Below, piece by piece: positions 12,137-26,866 of a stretch of 64,000 nucleotides of DNA. The notes under the pieces were generated by a model. The model saw nothing but the letters and a program-made list of their open reading frames with translations. It searched no databases and had not been told where the DNA came from. The DNA is taken from NCBI GenBank assembly GCA_951406725.2, contig OX597827.1:61752001-61816000 (forward strand). The letters run 5' to 3'. Source of the DNA: Octopus vulgaris. Its lineage: Eukaryota. A program made the translations under genes and the position numbers. The stretch's first letter is position 1; the number at the start of each line of letters is the position of its first letter.

Positions 12137-14449
12137 GTAAGCAGAAAGCATAGGTAAGCACGTTTTTATAGTTATTTTAGCACGATTAAATTTCCAACAT
12201 TAATTTTATTTTATAACATGTGCAAATATCAATGTTTGTTATCTACTTTTTAATAAACTGCGAGTTTTTTTTAGACTTGTTTCGTATCGAATTTTTTCCG
12301 TTTTCAGCTTTGAAAAAGCAACTAAAATAAAATGAAAAGAAAACCTTAAAAAAAAAGTACCAAATAGAAAAAAAGTATAAAAAAATGATACCCTCTTATT
12401 TGGTAGGTAGAATTCTAGTTTTCTTCGAAAATCGTTTCACTAGTGTTTAATAGAAGAAAGAAATAGTTAGAAAGAAAGCTGGATTGTAAAAGCGGTCCAG
12501 TTTAGATACACTACCCACTATTTGCTTTATTTTATTTTACAAGAAAACGGCAGAAAAGAAAAGAAAGAAAAAGCACTTTCCGATAGCTAAAACATTGAAA
12601 ACCACAACCGTTTTCTACTTTCTAGAAAGATGGAAAAGAAAAATAGCAAAACACTTTTTACTTTGTTTTATTTCATAAATAAAGAGACTACTAAAAATGT
12701 ATTTAACAAGAAATAAGTTAAAAGCGAGGCAAAACGCTGAGCTTTATTTCAAAGTAGAGAAACGTTTCTTATAAATAATTAAAATTATAATAAAATGAAA
12801 CTATTCGGAGAAACAGAAAGTGAAGAAAGGTTGTTGTTTTTTTTTGTTCTTTTCGATCAGGTAAATCCGATCATATGTTAATATAGCTAATCGTAGAAAA
12901 AGTAAAAGTATTTAAGGTTGATTATTTCTCAGGAAGAAGTAACGCACTAGGAAGAAATTAAAAGCAAAGGGAAAAAAAAGTTAAAATCTCTCAAAAAAGA
13001 AATTTTCTTTTTTTTTCTCGTCTTTTGTCGCTTTTATTGTTATCACTTTTTCTTAGCGGTTATGAAAAGATGAGCTATTTTTTAATGATATTGAGAGACA
13101 AAGAGGGATAGACTATATAAAAAAAATAATGAATGTAAATTAGGTTCACACCTGATAATTGTTGAAGTTGAAAAAAAAATCTGTTTCTTTTGGCAGTAAT
13201 CGACCTTTGCTTTTTATCGCCGGTCACATTTTTACTTTCAGTCAGGGAAAGCTTTTTTTATATTTTTATTATTATTCCTTCGAATAGAAAGGTGCGGGTT
13301 GAATTGAAGAAAAATAATTTTTTTTCGCTCGCTTACTTTTCATTTCAACATATTCTGTTTTTTGTGTTTTTTTTTAGAAATCCTTTTCCCGATTGTCATC
13401 TTTTATGTCTTTTCATTACTTGCTTTTATTATTTTTTTTTTATGAGGATATAGATGGGTTCTTTTAATTTTTTATTGTTTTCCGTTTACTACTACCAATA
13501 ATAATAATAATGATTATGATGATACTAATAATAATAAACTTTTACTTCTGCAAGCAAAGCTTACGAAAATAATTGTTCAGTTTAATTCAATTTATAATAT
13601 AGGTTTGTGACAATTTTGAATATTGATTATTTTAAAATTAGGATCTATGTGTATACTTTTATCTTGCAATTAAAATTTATATTAGGTTATTTTTTATAAA
13701 TGGAATTTAAAATTTTAAAATTAAATTTTCATTTTTTTATAAATGAAATCTGATTTTTTTTTATATATGAAATTTTAAAAAAATTCCCTATTTTGGTAAA
13801 GAAAACATTTATTCAGGGCACTTTCATAAATTAGAGAACTACGCTTATCTGTATATACATATATGAGTGTTTGGTGAGGTTTTCATTAACTTTTCGTATA
13901 CGTATATGTATGTATATATATATATGTATATATTATTATTTAAAAGAGAAAGTCGGTGGGTGAGGTGGGGGGGGGAGAGAATGTTAGAATTGTTAATGTC
14001 TCTTGTGCGTAACATCCAAGATGTTACAAGGATTTCGAGAACGAGGCGAAGTGAAAGGGAAGCAGAAGGAAAGTGAGTTGGATGAAGAATGGAAATAGGG
14101 AGGAGAGAGAAAGAAAAAAAAAATCCTGCATCACAAGAGACAGAAAGGTGGTGGTGGTGGGAGAACGAAAAGAAAAAAAAAGACGAATGATATAAGATTT
14201 GCAGAATGAAGGAGAGAGAGCGAGTACTATTATAAACATAGATAGATCATAGTATTCTAGTAGTACCATGCATAATAATTAAAGCATACATATATACAGT
14301 TCACTTTATTCTTTGTAAAAAGAAACTACAAGACCACTACAGAAGTTTAAGTCAGGATGTCAGCTGTCAGCTATATTTTACATATCCGTTTTTTTTCTTC
14401 TTGTTTGGACTTCAAATTCATTATTAATACGCATAGTGAAGTGTCATGC

Positions 14450-14514
<65 letters not shown>

Positions 14515-14829
14515 CGTGTTCGCGAATTTATCACATTTGATTATAGGTTTCGTTCTTTTTAAGTGTTTTTTCTTTTCTCGCTTTTAGTTTTCAAATTCTA
14601 ATCTTTCTTTTATATTTTAAGAAGAAACAAATATTTTGAACGCAACGCCAAGCAAAAAGATACTTCTTTGTTGATATATATTATATGCATGAAAGCTAAC
14701 AGAATTTCTGTCTTTTAAAGCTGTTTATGCCACGAAAAAAAAAAAAAAGTGAAACAGGAAAAAGGGTGAGGATACTATATAAAATAATAAATAAAAAGGA
14801 CGAAAGAACGTATAGTTTTATACACACGG

Positions 14830-14892
<63 letters not shown>

Positions 14893-15243
14893 CGTTTGTA
14901 CTCTCGCTAAGAATTTCTCCTTTTTGCGAGCAGTGGGGGAGGCGGTGAATTTAAAAGTGGACACAAATTATAATAAATTGTTGAGGAACTAAGGAGAATA
15001 TCGAATTAAATCATTTTATATCAGCCATCTCATACTACTACTACTATTACCACAGCATCATCATCATTACTATAATGAACTATCATCGCCTATTTAACCA
15101 ATACTATTATTATATAAATAATATTAAAGCCAGGTTAAGAACACGGTAATTCCATCATCATTATTTTAGTGTGATGAGGTTTTCATTCGCGCAGTGGTGA
15201 GGGAATGTTTTTTTTTATACCATTTCTCTTTTGCCGTTGTGTG

Positions 15244-15275
<32 letters not shown>

Positions 15276-15694
15276 TATTTTCAATTTATTCATTAGTTTT
15301 TGATTACGGTGAAATTTTATATCGATCATGGAGTTAGCTTCCCATTTTTTTTTACTCTCTCACTGCATCTCTATCGTACCCCCCTACCCCTCTTCGCCTT
15401 AACCAGTGTGTGTGTGTATCAACTGTCATCGATGTGTGTGTGTGTGTATGTGTTTGTGTGCGTGCTATTTGTCTACTAAAGCTGCAGCCAAGAAAATATA
15501 TTTTAAACGACTTTCCCTCCTCACTTTCAACCTACCATCCCCTTTTCCCCCCCTCAGTGCCACTGGTTCGCGCTGCCATGCTGCTACTACTACTACTACT
15601 TCTGTTACTGCTGCAGAATTAAAAAAAAAGAGAAAAGAAAAGAAAAGAAAAAAAAGCTTTTAATAAAAGGAAAAAAAAAAAGATGTAGAGAAAC

Positions 15695-15800
15695 AAGTCG
15701 GGCGCAGACGCGCGCGCATCCACACGCGCATCCACACGTATCATGCACACATAAAACCGCACGCGCGCTCATACACACACACACAGACTCCTCTCCCCCC
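15695..15800. promoter_or_regulatory. CpG-rich patch, putative unmethylated promoter or regulatory region
   Basis: Dense CGCG runs (GGGCGCAGACGCGCGCGC, CCGCACGCGCGC) in a long region almost free of young SINEs. Confidence 0.3.
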
Positions 15801-18570
15801 TCCCCTTTGATCCATATTTCAATTGCGTGTTTAGGGATGGTGTGAGTATATATATATATGCATATGCATGCGTATGTATGTGTGTATAAACGATATATTT
15901 ATATATATATTTATACAATGTGCGCATGTGACAGTAAAAAAAAAACTCTGTTTATAATAAAATTGTGTTGTAATTGTGTGTATTTGCTTTTTCTATTCTT
16001 ACTTTCTATATAGTTTATAAGCCAAATAATTAGCGAAAATTACGAATACTGTTTCTCCTCCCTCTATTTTTTCGTATTCGAAGTCGAGGCATTGGTATAT
16101 CGCACACACACACACACACACAGACACATACACGAGAATGCCTGCACATATTATAGGCACTTGTTCCTGCATTTGCATAGCTATACATGCACAAATGCAT
16201 GTCTTTATGAATGCTTACATATACACGCATAAATTTTGGCGTTATATCCGCACACACAGCTATTCTGAGAGTGCCAACAGCTAATATTTCATTAGCTCGA
16301 GTCCTTACTCTTTAAAACGCATTTAGCGTTTTAACGCGTGCAAGTCACATTCCGAAAGATATATAAAACTATAATGACGTGCATACTTATCTAAATAAAT
16401 AACGAAATCTAGTTCGAATGGTTGAAAAGATAATAAAATAAAAAAAGAGGGGAGGAAAATATTAAAATAAAAAAGGCGAAAAAGGAGGATTTTTTCTTTC
16501 TTTCTTTCTTTCATTCTTTCTTTTCGACATTTCATAGAAGAGTATTGTTGATTGCTAAGGAGAATTCTATCAACTTTGGTCTCAACCATAAATTCGGACT
16601 TGGGTCGGAAGGCCACAGGGTGGGAAGATTAGAATCACTGTCTGTCTGACAGTCGCTACTGCAGCAGCAGGAGAAACAATAGTAATTGCTACAATAGTAG
16701 TGTTTTGGTTGTTTGGAACTGTTTTTCTTCTTGCTATTGTTGTTATTGTAGTTGGCAATAGCTAACTAATAGCAAAGTGTCAAAGAGAGTGGAGGAGAGG
16801 CCAAATCCCGATGTTGAGTGGCAGGTATATTAATATAGCGTGGGTGAATACTTCAACTCTTCAGTTTCGTGTTATATATTAGGGTGAAGAGAGAGCAGGG
16901 AGGAAAAAAAAATAAAGAAAAGAGCATTTGCTCCGAGTTGAGGGCGGTTTTGGTGTCAGGGATTTCTCTCATCTTGCGTGCGGCAAAATTTTGGTCTTTC
17001 TTTTCATTTTTACGTACACACGCATGCGTGTGTTTTCCAATTTATAACTTGCATTCTGCTTCATTTTCTTCATTATTTATTTCCATTCGATGCTCTAGTT
17101 TCGAATTAGGATAATATTGATGAGGTTGCTGTTGATATTAAGAGGGTCATTTATATTTGTTGATATTAGCAATGACTGGTGACATTATTACTTCAGTCAA
17201 CAAAGGTCGGGGCTGCTCATCCAATCCTCATACGGACTGTTAGTAAAAGTTGCGTTAGTTAGGGGTTCAGAGTTCAAATCTTACTTGAAATCGACTGTCA
17301 TTCATCTTTCTAAGATCGAAGGTAGACGGGCAAGTATATAGAGGTAGAATTAATCAGTTATCTTTATTTGCTGAAGACTTAGTACTTTTAATTATCATTT
17401 GAGCGTAGTAGTTCTAGACAAGTCGAGTCCGCAATCAGTTTCGATTCCACATTGTACTTTTACTCAATTTGCGACACTTATGCCCGTGAGAAATGTAGCA
17501 GCTTCTTATTTTCTCTTCTAAAAATCTACGAATTCACTCTAGTGTAAGAAATGATTAATTTACTTTAGTATTGTACTAATTACCGTAGAGGAAGCAATAT
17601 AATTTTAATCAACCCCTAATCTGTTACTATCGCGATTTTATTGCATCCACTCCTGGATGAGTTAAAAAAAACCCCCCAAAAACTTGAGTCGGCGCTAGAG
17701 GTATTTAAGTGAATAACATTTGCGGCTCCAAACTTTTTAGATATTTTGAATCAAAGTCTGCTCAGGCAACACGGTATCAGTGCGTCGAAAACATCAGTAA
17801 ATTATTTATATGGATTATAAAGTTGACGGAAACGGCATAGCGCCAGACTAAATACTTTGCAACATTTAGTTTCGCGTCTCTACGTTCCGACTTCGAATCT
17901 CGTAGTTTTGAAGTTGCCTTTTATCTCTCGAATGTCAGTGAAATGAACACCGTAACGAAGGTGCCAGTTTAGTTACATAATGACCCTATCCATTAAATTT
18001 TTTTCTTCTTAACCCAGCCTCATACTTAAGCAAGAATTCACTATTTCGTCCGTATGATTCTAAATGTAACAGAAAAAGGACAGGTTCCCATTTTACTCAA
18101 GGAGATGTTATAAGAAATAGCCAAGTGAATAAAGTGTTGCATTACTAGTTCTTAAAAGTCTTGGGTTCAACTTTGTTCCAGGCATTTCATTGTGTATCAA
18201 AGCAGTGTATGTAAGTTTAACGAAGTGCTAACAAAATTTGTCTTCGAATGATTGGCGCTTTATCCAAGGTGGCTAAAGCAATGCCTTCTGTTTAACATGA
18301 TGAAACCAGAAATAAGGACTGGCACTTTTGGGCTGTCATAGCAGCTTTGGGACCATTTTAAATACCATATTATTCACGTGACACTTTTAGCCTACCTCTA
18401 CAGAAAGTACTTTAAGACTGCGGGCGTTATCATTTCGTCACGATAATATTAACGATCATGATAGTAGAAAAAAATGTTCATTTGCCACCAGGGTGACGGA
18501 TGCAGCGAACATTAGAAGATTGAATCGACCAGTACATGACTGGTATTTATTTACTTTATCGATCGCAGAA

Positions 18571-18758
18571 GAAATTAAGACAGTCGGTCAATCCCGATGG
18601 TATTCTAAATGTAATGGGGCGTAAAACTAAACACAAGTCCGACACTCACACCGTTTCTGCTACCTTCCACACTCTAGCAGCAATAAAAATAATACTTTAT
18701 CGTCGATATTATCGATATCTTTGGTAGTTACCCGTAGTGGATGGATATTAGTATCAGC
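18571..18758 (+). repeat. Source copy of a ~180-bp local duplication
   Basis: Near-identical to 23200-23379 in direct orientation. Confidence 0.9.
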
Positions 18759-19680
18759 GATGAAAAATTGTTTACGAAACAATTCCCTTCTCCTAATCAC
18801 CGCTCACCGCCCTTTTTATGATTGTTGCGATTGTGTGTTTGCTTCTTTTCGAGTCACACATGTGTTTAGTGTCTGTACTTTTTACCGTACTCGATATACA
18901 TTGTGTGTATGGCTTTTACATTGTTCTTGTATGTGCGTGTTATTGTTTATATATATATATATGTATGTATGCATACGTGTGTGTGAGTATATTGTTTGTT
19001 GTGTGCGCGCGCTTTTACTTTCTCTTTCACTCCGCCTGGTTCCGCTGGCGTCTAATGACGTAAAAGACAAACATTTAGGAATGTATCTCGCGTATATTTG
19101 AAAGTATTTTCTTGTGTGTGTGTATGTATGTGTTTGTTTGTGAGAGTGTGAGTGAGAGAGAGAGAAAGTGGTGCAGTCTGGTGTTAGACGTGTAAAAGGG
19201 TGTGGAGAGTTAAGACATGCGTTGTAAGTATAAGCAATGTGATTTGCAGTGATTTGTTTATTATTATTATTAATTTTGGGTAAGTTATTTTCAGCACTTA
19301 CGTATTCACCGAAGACTGAGTCTTTGAATGAATTTTTTCGCGTCATATTGCCACATTCTTTTGCAATAATAACATCTCTTAAGTTAATTTAATTTCTTTC
19401 CAAGCTGAGCATTTACTTACTACAGTTTGGTTTCGTCGAGTATAAACACTTGTTTTCTTCTTTTAGATATGTGAAAAAGACATTTGCAAATGAGACTTGT
19501 CAACCAATCAGGTCGGATAAGAAAAATAATTATGTAATAAAACGAGAGCTTTGGTTTATGGGGGAGGTTTGCGAAAGAAAGTGTATATAACGTACTGAAC
19601 CATGTTTTGGAAATATATATTAACACTTTTCCAAAACAGTTTAATTATATAAATATATAGCTACCTCCCTACACACACAC

Positions 19681-19724
<44 letters not shown>

Positions 19725-21936
19725 GTATATATACACATGTGTGTGTGTAGGGAGGTAGCTAATGGTATTTATCATGGGTGGTTTGAGATGCATAAAAAAG
19801 CAGAACAAAAAAAAAACCAAAAATGAATTTGACCTCACAGTGTCACGGAAAGACAGTAGGAAGGAAGGAAATAAGAAATAAAGGTTATTGTTCCCCCATC
19901 TCCTTTCTCTCGTTCTCTACCTTCCTCGTTTTTTTTTCTCTTCTCTCCCACCCCCACCCTCACCCCCCAGTGTCTATTACATATTCCATCAATTTTTTTT
20001 TCTCCTTCTCTTCTCTTCACTTCCCTTCTATTGTTATTTCACCACTACTCCCCCACCCACCCCCGTCTTCACACTGTGTCGTTTTTTTCTCTTCTGTTGT
20101 GGCTATAGCTTAGCTAGCTTGGCTCGCTGTGTGTCTAACATGGGTTTTTGAGTTAAGGAAATTGGTTAACTCACCCACTTTTTTTTTTTTATAGGATTGT
20201 GTGTGTATGTGTGTGTGTTTCATGTCAGAAATTATAAAACGAAATTTCCTGAAGTATATTTGTCCGCCTCTTCCTCTCCCCCTCTCTGTCTCTCTCTCTC
20301 TGGTATAAAGTATCTTTTCTCGTCTGTGTGTGTGTGTATCTATGTATTAAAATGTTTCGTGTAAAGAAAAATTAGCTTATCTGCGTTAAAAAAAGATGCT
20401 TTGCTACTCGATTTGACATGCACAGCTCTCAGGGAGTGATTCGGGTGCGCAGTAGAAATTGTTTTTGCATTATAAAATACTTTTCTTTTTTGTATGAAAT
20501 AGTACAAAATTAGATGTATAATGGATAAGACTAGTTTTGCCGACCAAATGTGAAATTAACAAAAATAAACAGCAAAAAACTATACACATATTTTACGCAT
20601 ACGAGTGAAAAAAATTTTCTTTATTAAATCAACAATTGTTGAATAATCGTTAAATTTTTATGTACAAAATGTAAAAGTAACAGCTTTTATTAGAAAGAAT
20701 TGTTGAAAACAATTTTCATCTGAAATAGTATGCTATTTAATAATCATAAATGTTAACTGCAGCTGCTTTTAGGCTTTGTAGGCAGATCTTAAGGATATAC
20801 CGGTCTTTAAATCGGGAATATACCAACACTTGCATAATAGCTAATAATAGCGCTTGCTTCAATTATATTGAATGAGAACATAGCTGCTTCGAGTATAAAG
20901 TGCTCGGCTCTGACTTAATGGTTTATAAGTTCAGTTTTCCCTATTAATATTTGAGTGTAATATCTCTTTTCCAGGTTCATAAAATTGCTGTTTGTGAATA
21001 TCCAAGTTTTGAAGGTTATTATTTGTTTGCAAGGTTTCGTTGAATATTTTTTTTTTTTTAACATTTGGTTATCGGTCTTCAGTCTAGGAATGCCAATTAT
21101 TACAAACAGAAATCTTAAAGATAGCTGTAGTCTCAGTTCACTAACTAATCACAATTGCGTTTAAATATCCTGGAAGATAATTTAATTTGCTGACACCATT
21201 AATCATAATCATCTTCATCATTATACTAGTATATATGTTTAAAATACTAGGATGTAGGTGATCTGTAATTTTTCAGTTTGGCAATAAATGGAACACTAAT
21301 ATTGATGGTATCTCTGAATTGTTTAGCTTATAAACAGTGCTTTTTCCCCTACACCAACTAATATACAAACTTGTACATTTTAGTTAGTGTTTCTTCAATC
21401 ACTACAAGTAGAGCAAAGACTATGCTTTGCTGATGATGTCAGAATAATACTGAAACACATATATTGTCTCCTTTATTTGCTGGAAATGAAAATATTAAGC
21501 CATTGCTATTAACTTCATAGCAAATTCATTTGTCGTTCAGGTTACTTTTTAATGCTTTGTGCATGAAATATATTAAGTTATTGTTAATCTGTTTTGTAAT
21601 ATTTGAGTCCTATTGAGTTTATGATGGAAAGGAAAGACCCCCTCCCCCGCAATCCAAACAGACGAAACAAGGGGTATCATCATACTTGAAAAAGAAAGCA
21701 TCATAAAACATATGGTAGGATGAAAGAGATGTTTATAACAATGGAAACCAAAGACTGAACCATGCCACAGCAGGGTTTGGCTGCTTCTTTACAGTATTCT
21801 ACTCTTTGAGGTTTTTATGTGATCATTCCCATGGACTGTTTTACAAACTGTGAAATAAAAACTCTACAGAAACTAAGATAACTGCTTCGGTTGAGAGCAA
21901 ATAATATAAATTTGTCCTATTGTAAAAAAAAAAAAG

Positions 21937-22160
21937 TGAGCTGGCAGAAACGTTAGCACGCCTGGGCGAAATGCTTAGCGGTATTTCGTCTGCGGTTACG
22001 TTCTGAGTTCAAATTCCGCTGAGGTCGACTTTACCTTTCATCTTTTCGGGGTCAATTAAATAAGTACCAGTTATGCACTGGGGTCGATATAATCGACTTA
22101 GTCCGTTTGTCCTTGTTTGTCCCCTCTGTGTGTAGCCCCTTGTGGGCAGTAAAGAAATAA
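21937..22160 (+). mobile_element. SINE family B
   Basis: Matches 5817-6048. AAACTAAGATAACTGC occurs on both sides (21871-21886 and ~22162-22177). Confidence 0.88.
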
Positions 22161-22603
22161 TAAACTAAGATAACTGCCTACAAAGGTTCAGCTCAACCCT
22201 TAACTACTATTTCAGTCAACTTTCTTGGGAACTATCATTTTGCTGAAGATTTTTTATTCCAGCATGAGAACAGCAAATCTGAAATTGGATTGCTGTGAAG
22301 TTTATACCTCTCTATTCAATCCTACGTGAAAGATGAAGGCATTAGACTGCTACTTAACCACAGGCTGATCATGAGGGTTTGAAAGTTACACATCTCTACT
22401 TCTTTGACTGTGGTCTGAATTGAACCTTTTGAGCTTGTTCAGCTCATTTTGTGAATCTCTTTAACTAAGCAGTTATTAAATTCTCTAGCATACAAATTGA
22501 GTTTTCTTAACCAAAATTAACAGCAAAAATAAAAAGGTGTGTCAACTTATTCATCAAGATGAGTTTTGAGGAACAAAAGTTCCATGTGTAATGCAGCAAG
22601 ATA

Positions 22604-22773
22604 GGCATAGGAGTGGCTGTGTGGTAAGTAGCTTGCTTACGAACCACATGGTTCCGGGTTCAGTCCCACTGCGTGGTACCTTGGGCAAGTGTCTTCTACT
22701 ATAGCCTTGGGCCGACCAAAGCCTTGTGAGTGGATTTGGTAGATGGAAACTGAAAGAAGCCCATCGTATATAA

Positions 22774-22809
<36 letters not shown>

Positions 22810-23021
22810 ATATGTTTATGCGTCTGTGTTTGTCCCCCCCAACATCGCTTGACAACTGATGGTGATGTGTTTATGTCCCCGTAACTTAGCGGTTTGGCAA
22901 ACGAGACCAATAGAATAAGTACTAGGCTTACAAAGAATAAGTCCTGGGGCCGATTTGCTTGACTAAAGGTGGTGCTTGAGCATGGTCACAGTCAAATGAC
23001 TGAAACAAGTAAAAGAGTAAG
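22604..23021 (+). mobile_element. SINE family A
   Basis: Full-length match to family A. Confidence 0.9.
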
Positions 23022-23199
23022 ATTTGGAATGATAAGGACAGTGTTTGAATGTTTACACTCCATGTTTCTATGTTGACTTGTATGCTGGAAAATAAGGTAC
23101 TCAAACAGCTTCAAGACAGTTTATATACAGTTCTTGGACATAAAGCATTTGGGTCATCTTCTACACTAATGGTTCTCAAAGTGGGCTCTGCTCACTGGG

Positions 23200-23379
23200 G
23201 AAATTAACAGTTGGTCAATCCCGATGGTATTTTAAATGTAATGGGGTGTAAAACTAAACACAAGTCTGACACTCCACCGTTTCTGCTACCTTCCACACTC
23301 TAGCAGCAATAAAAATAATACTTTATCATCGATATTATCGATTGCTTTGGTAGTACCCATAGTGGATATTAGTATCAGC
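23200..23379 (+). repeat. Derived copy of 18571-18758 with CpG decay
   Basis: Direct alignment by eye shows five CpG to TpG/CpA changes. Confidence 0.9.
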
Positions 23380-23739
23380 CAAACATCAGTTGTATCAATT
23401 TGGCCAGTCTTGAAGGATCTTCTCTTGATTGAAATCATAAACATTACGGGGCTTGACTTTATTTATAGCAGTTGTGGACAAACGGCTGTCCCTGTGACAG
23501 AATCCTTAAAGAAAAATTATCTTGAATTTTTTTAGTAGTGTGGCCTGCCTGATGTGGTTTGCTTCTTGAGAAAGGTTGTCCATGCTTTGATATTTAGTAT
23601 ACCCTTCAATATTCCATTTAATATTGCCCATTCTTGTGGGGAATACCAAAGGATGGAAAGGATAATGGATTTTGATCTGTGTAGCAAAGGAAGTTTTGGA
23701 TAGGAAGATTGAGAATTCCAGTCAAATACTTGATACTGA

Positions 23740-24060
23740 GTGAAGACGCATGGCTTAGTGGTTAGGGTAATCGGTTCTTGGTTCATGACTGTAAGATTGA
23801 TTTCTGGTGGTGAATTATGTCCTTGAGCAAGTCACTTTATTTCATGTTGTTCCAGTCCACTCAGCTGACAAAAATAAGTTGCACCTGTAATTCAAAGGTC
23901 CAGTCTTGTCACATTCTGTGTCATGCTGAATCTTCTTGAGGACTATGTTAAGGTGTGCGCATCTGTGGAGTATTCAGCCACTTGCACATTAATTTCATGA
24001 ACCAGCTGTTCCATTGACCAGATCAACTGGAACTCTTGTCGTCATAACCGACAGAGTGCC
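23740..24060 (+). mobile_element. tRNA-derived SINE family E with 12-bp TSD
   Basis: TGGCTTAGTGGTTAGGG head and CCTTGAGCAAGTCACTT core-like motif. TSD ACTTGATACTGA at 23728-23739 and 24061-24072. Confidence 0.8.
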
Positions 24061-24726
24061 ACTTGATACTGAAGCTTGGTAGAGACCATTGGTAACTACA
24101 TAAGGCTTCCTCCTATTTATGTTATCATCAACTGCCATTATTCAAAGAATAACTGTTTGGGGCAGATGTGGTTGTGTGGTTAAGAAGCTTTCTTCCCAAC
24201 CACGAACTCATGGGTTTGGTTCCACTGCATGTCATCTTGGGCAAGTGTCTTCTATTATAACCCAGTTAACCAAAACTTGTGGATTTGGTAGATGGAAACT
24301 GAAAGAAGCTGGTCATGTCTGGCTAAAGTGGTTGGCATTAGGAAGGATGTCCAGCCATAGAAACCATGCCAAAGCAGACAGCAGTTTGGCACTGACCTCT
24401 GGTTAGGCAGCTCTTGTCAAACCATTGAACCTATGCCCCTATGGAAAATGGACATTAAATGATGATGATGATGGTTGTGTGTGTGTGTCTTTACTTTTGT
24501 CTGGACATCACACAATAGTTGTAGATTAGCATCAGTGACATATAAGCGAAGCTGATTGCTTCCAGTCCTCTGTGGAGATCATCTGGAAAACACACCTTGC
24601 TTGTAAACGGGTGAGGCATCTGCTTGAAGAAAATTTTCCTCCGCAAATTCTGCTTGAATCATGCAAGCATGGAAATGTGGACATTAAATGATGACAATGA
24701 AGTGTTAGGAATCTTAATTCACCATT

Positions 24727-25010
24727 CATCATCATCATCGTTTAACATCTGCTTTCCATGCTAACATGGGTTGAACGGTTCGACTGGGGTCTGGGAAGCC
24801 AGGAGGCTGCATCAGGCCCAGTCTGATCTGGCAGTGTTTCTACAGCTGGATGCCCTTCCTAATGCCAACCACTCCATGAGTGTAGTTGGTGCTTTTTACG
24901 TGCCACCGGCACGGAGGCCAGTCGGGGTGGCGCTGGCAACGGCCACATTCAGATGGTTCTTTTACGTGCCACCGGCACTGGTATCACAACTACAATTTCC
25001 ATTGATTTTT
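24727..25010 (-). mobile_element. Repeat family D: retroposon 3' end with (GAT)n tail (probably RTE-related)
   Basis: (CAT)n followed by CGTTTAACATCTGCTTTCCATGCT...GGATGCCCTTCCTAATGCCAACCACTCC. Other copies at ~32980-33183 (+), 40963-41106 (-), 41565-41743 (+), 44955-45160 (+) and 63636-63990 (-). Confidence 0.8.
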
Positions 25011-26768
25011 GAGAAAATACTATGAACTCATAATCCACTTCACAATATATTCTTTATGATTACAATGGACAGAGATATAATTGACCAATTAGGTTTTAGT
25101 GTCAAGTCATTGAGCTGGCAGAATTGTTTGCATGTTGGACAAAATTCTCAGTTGTATTTACTCTGTCCTTACATTCTGAGTTCAGAATCCGCTGAGGTCG
25201 ACTTTGCCTTCCATCGTTAAGAACCAGTTGAGCACTTTGGTCAATAGACTAGCTTCCTCCCACAACGTTTTTAGGCATTGTGCCTATCGTAGAGAAAAAA
25301 GTTGTATTTGTGTATTATTGCTGCTTTTTTTTTTTTTTTATCTTTTACTTGTGGACTGATTTCTGTCATTGGAGTATAGTTATTTTGTGATTGGGACAGT
25401 CTTGAAGGATTTTTAATCGATTACATCAACTCAGTGGTTATTTCAATCAGGTCCCTATTTTATTTAGTTGCTAAGTTAGATTTTTTATTTTTGACACTTT
25501 CATTTTTTGTTCAGTGGGCGTGTCATGTCAGTTACACTCAAGCTACTCTCCCCCTCCTCTCTCTCTCTTTCACACACGCATATGACAGGCTTCTCTACTG
25601 TCTTTCCAAATTCGCTCGTGATTATTGATCAACACGAAGCTATAGAAGACAGTTGTTTAGGGCTTTGTACATCTGGAAACTCGCGAGGGAGAAAGTGAAC
25701 TTTTTAACTGCAGTTATGCTTGCCGTCCCACAGTTTTGGTGTAAAGGAATCTTTGACGTGCTTTGAAGTAAGAAATTCCAGGCAACTGTTGAGACGTTAT
25801 AAGGAACGGGTGGGGTAACCGAAAGTAATTTTTGTTACGTGTGTTAAAGACACCAATGATTTTAGCAGGCACAAATAGATGTAAGAGTGAATTTCATATA
25901 AGACATTTTTCTTTGAAAAAAATAACAATAGCCCAGAGAGAGAGAGAGATTGCTATGAAGATATTTGTCGATCTTTCATTTAAGTTAAGGTCTTTCATTT
26001 AAGTTAAGGTCAAAGTTTATCTTGATCCTCATCATCTGATTTTAAACTCCAAATTTTGTTGGATGAAATCTCCCTTTTCCCTATATGAAAGTTACGATTT
26101 CTCTCTTCAAGCACAACGATTTTGCTATAGGGGTGGATCCAGAGCCGCTTTGTGGTTGTTGCAGGGTGTGTGTGCTAGCCCGCTTGCATCAACGACTATA
26201 GGATAAGTATAAAAAAACAGAGAAACTTCAGGTTATTTCAATACGTAGTAAATACGATCGCAATCCTTTCGTGTTTTGTCTTTTCCGAGTAGTCGCTTTG
26301 CACAGTCGTGGATTTGTGCGCACTTTGTAAAACATAAACACGTACATACATGAGGAAATACTTTTAACATTGTCAGTTATGTATGCTTGGAATAGTGTTC
26401 AAATCTGTCTTGTGGAACTGTGAAGATATCTGAAAAAGAATATTTCTTCAGTTATGTTCGACAAGAGAAAGGAAAAACTATCCTATTAATAATTGTTGCA
26501 CATATATAGATATAATATATATGCTTTTTAAATTCGTTTGCATTTAGTCCTAGTTCAGCTTCGATCACTGGTTATGATCAAAAGATTTTCTATTCGTGTT
26601 CATCTCGTCTTTATTTTCAGGCATAATATATAGGACTACATTGTCCGCTGTTCTCCCTTATGATGGTATAGATTTGGCTGCTATTTCTAACACTCGAGCG
26701 GCCACGTAGACTTCCTCATTGACTCGTTTGCCAAGCTTATACAGTATATGTAATTAATATGTAAATTA

Positions 26769-26866
26769 GGCGAAAGTAACGATTACGTACACCCGGTGTT
26801 TAGGGTTAGGGATTTTGTTACGCCGAAAACGGCTGATGTACGTATTTTTTTTTTGTTACCTCCGCC
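26769..26866. mobile_element. 98-bp Merlin-like MITE with internal TTAGGG repeats
   Basis: Termini GGCGAAAGTAAC / GGCGGAGGTAAC. Perfect 8-bp TSD GTAAATTA at 26761-26768 and 26867-26874. Confidence 0.8.

Noticed and set aside
16660-16775. Possible miRNA-like hairpin (CTACAATAG..TATTGTAG)
   Set aside because: Pairing is short and arises from low-complexity trinucleotide-like sequence; no mature miRNA recognised.
21425-21475. CTGATGA...GAAAC...GTC hammerhead-like motif
   Set aside because: No stem I pairing and only a 2-bp stem II; probably chance.
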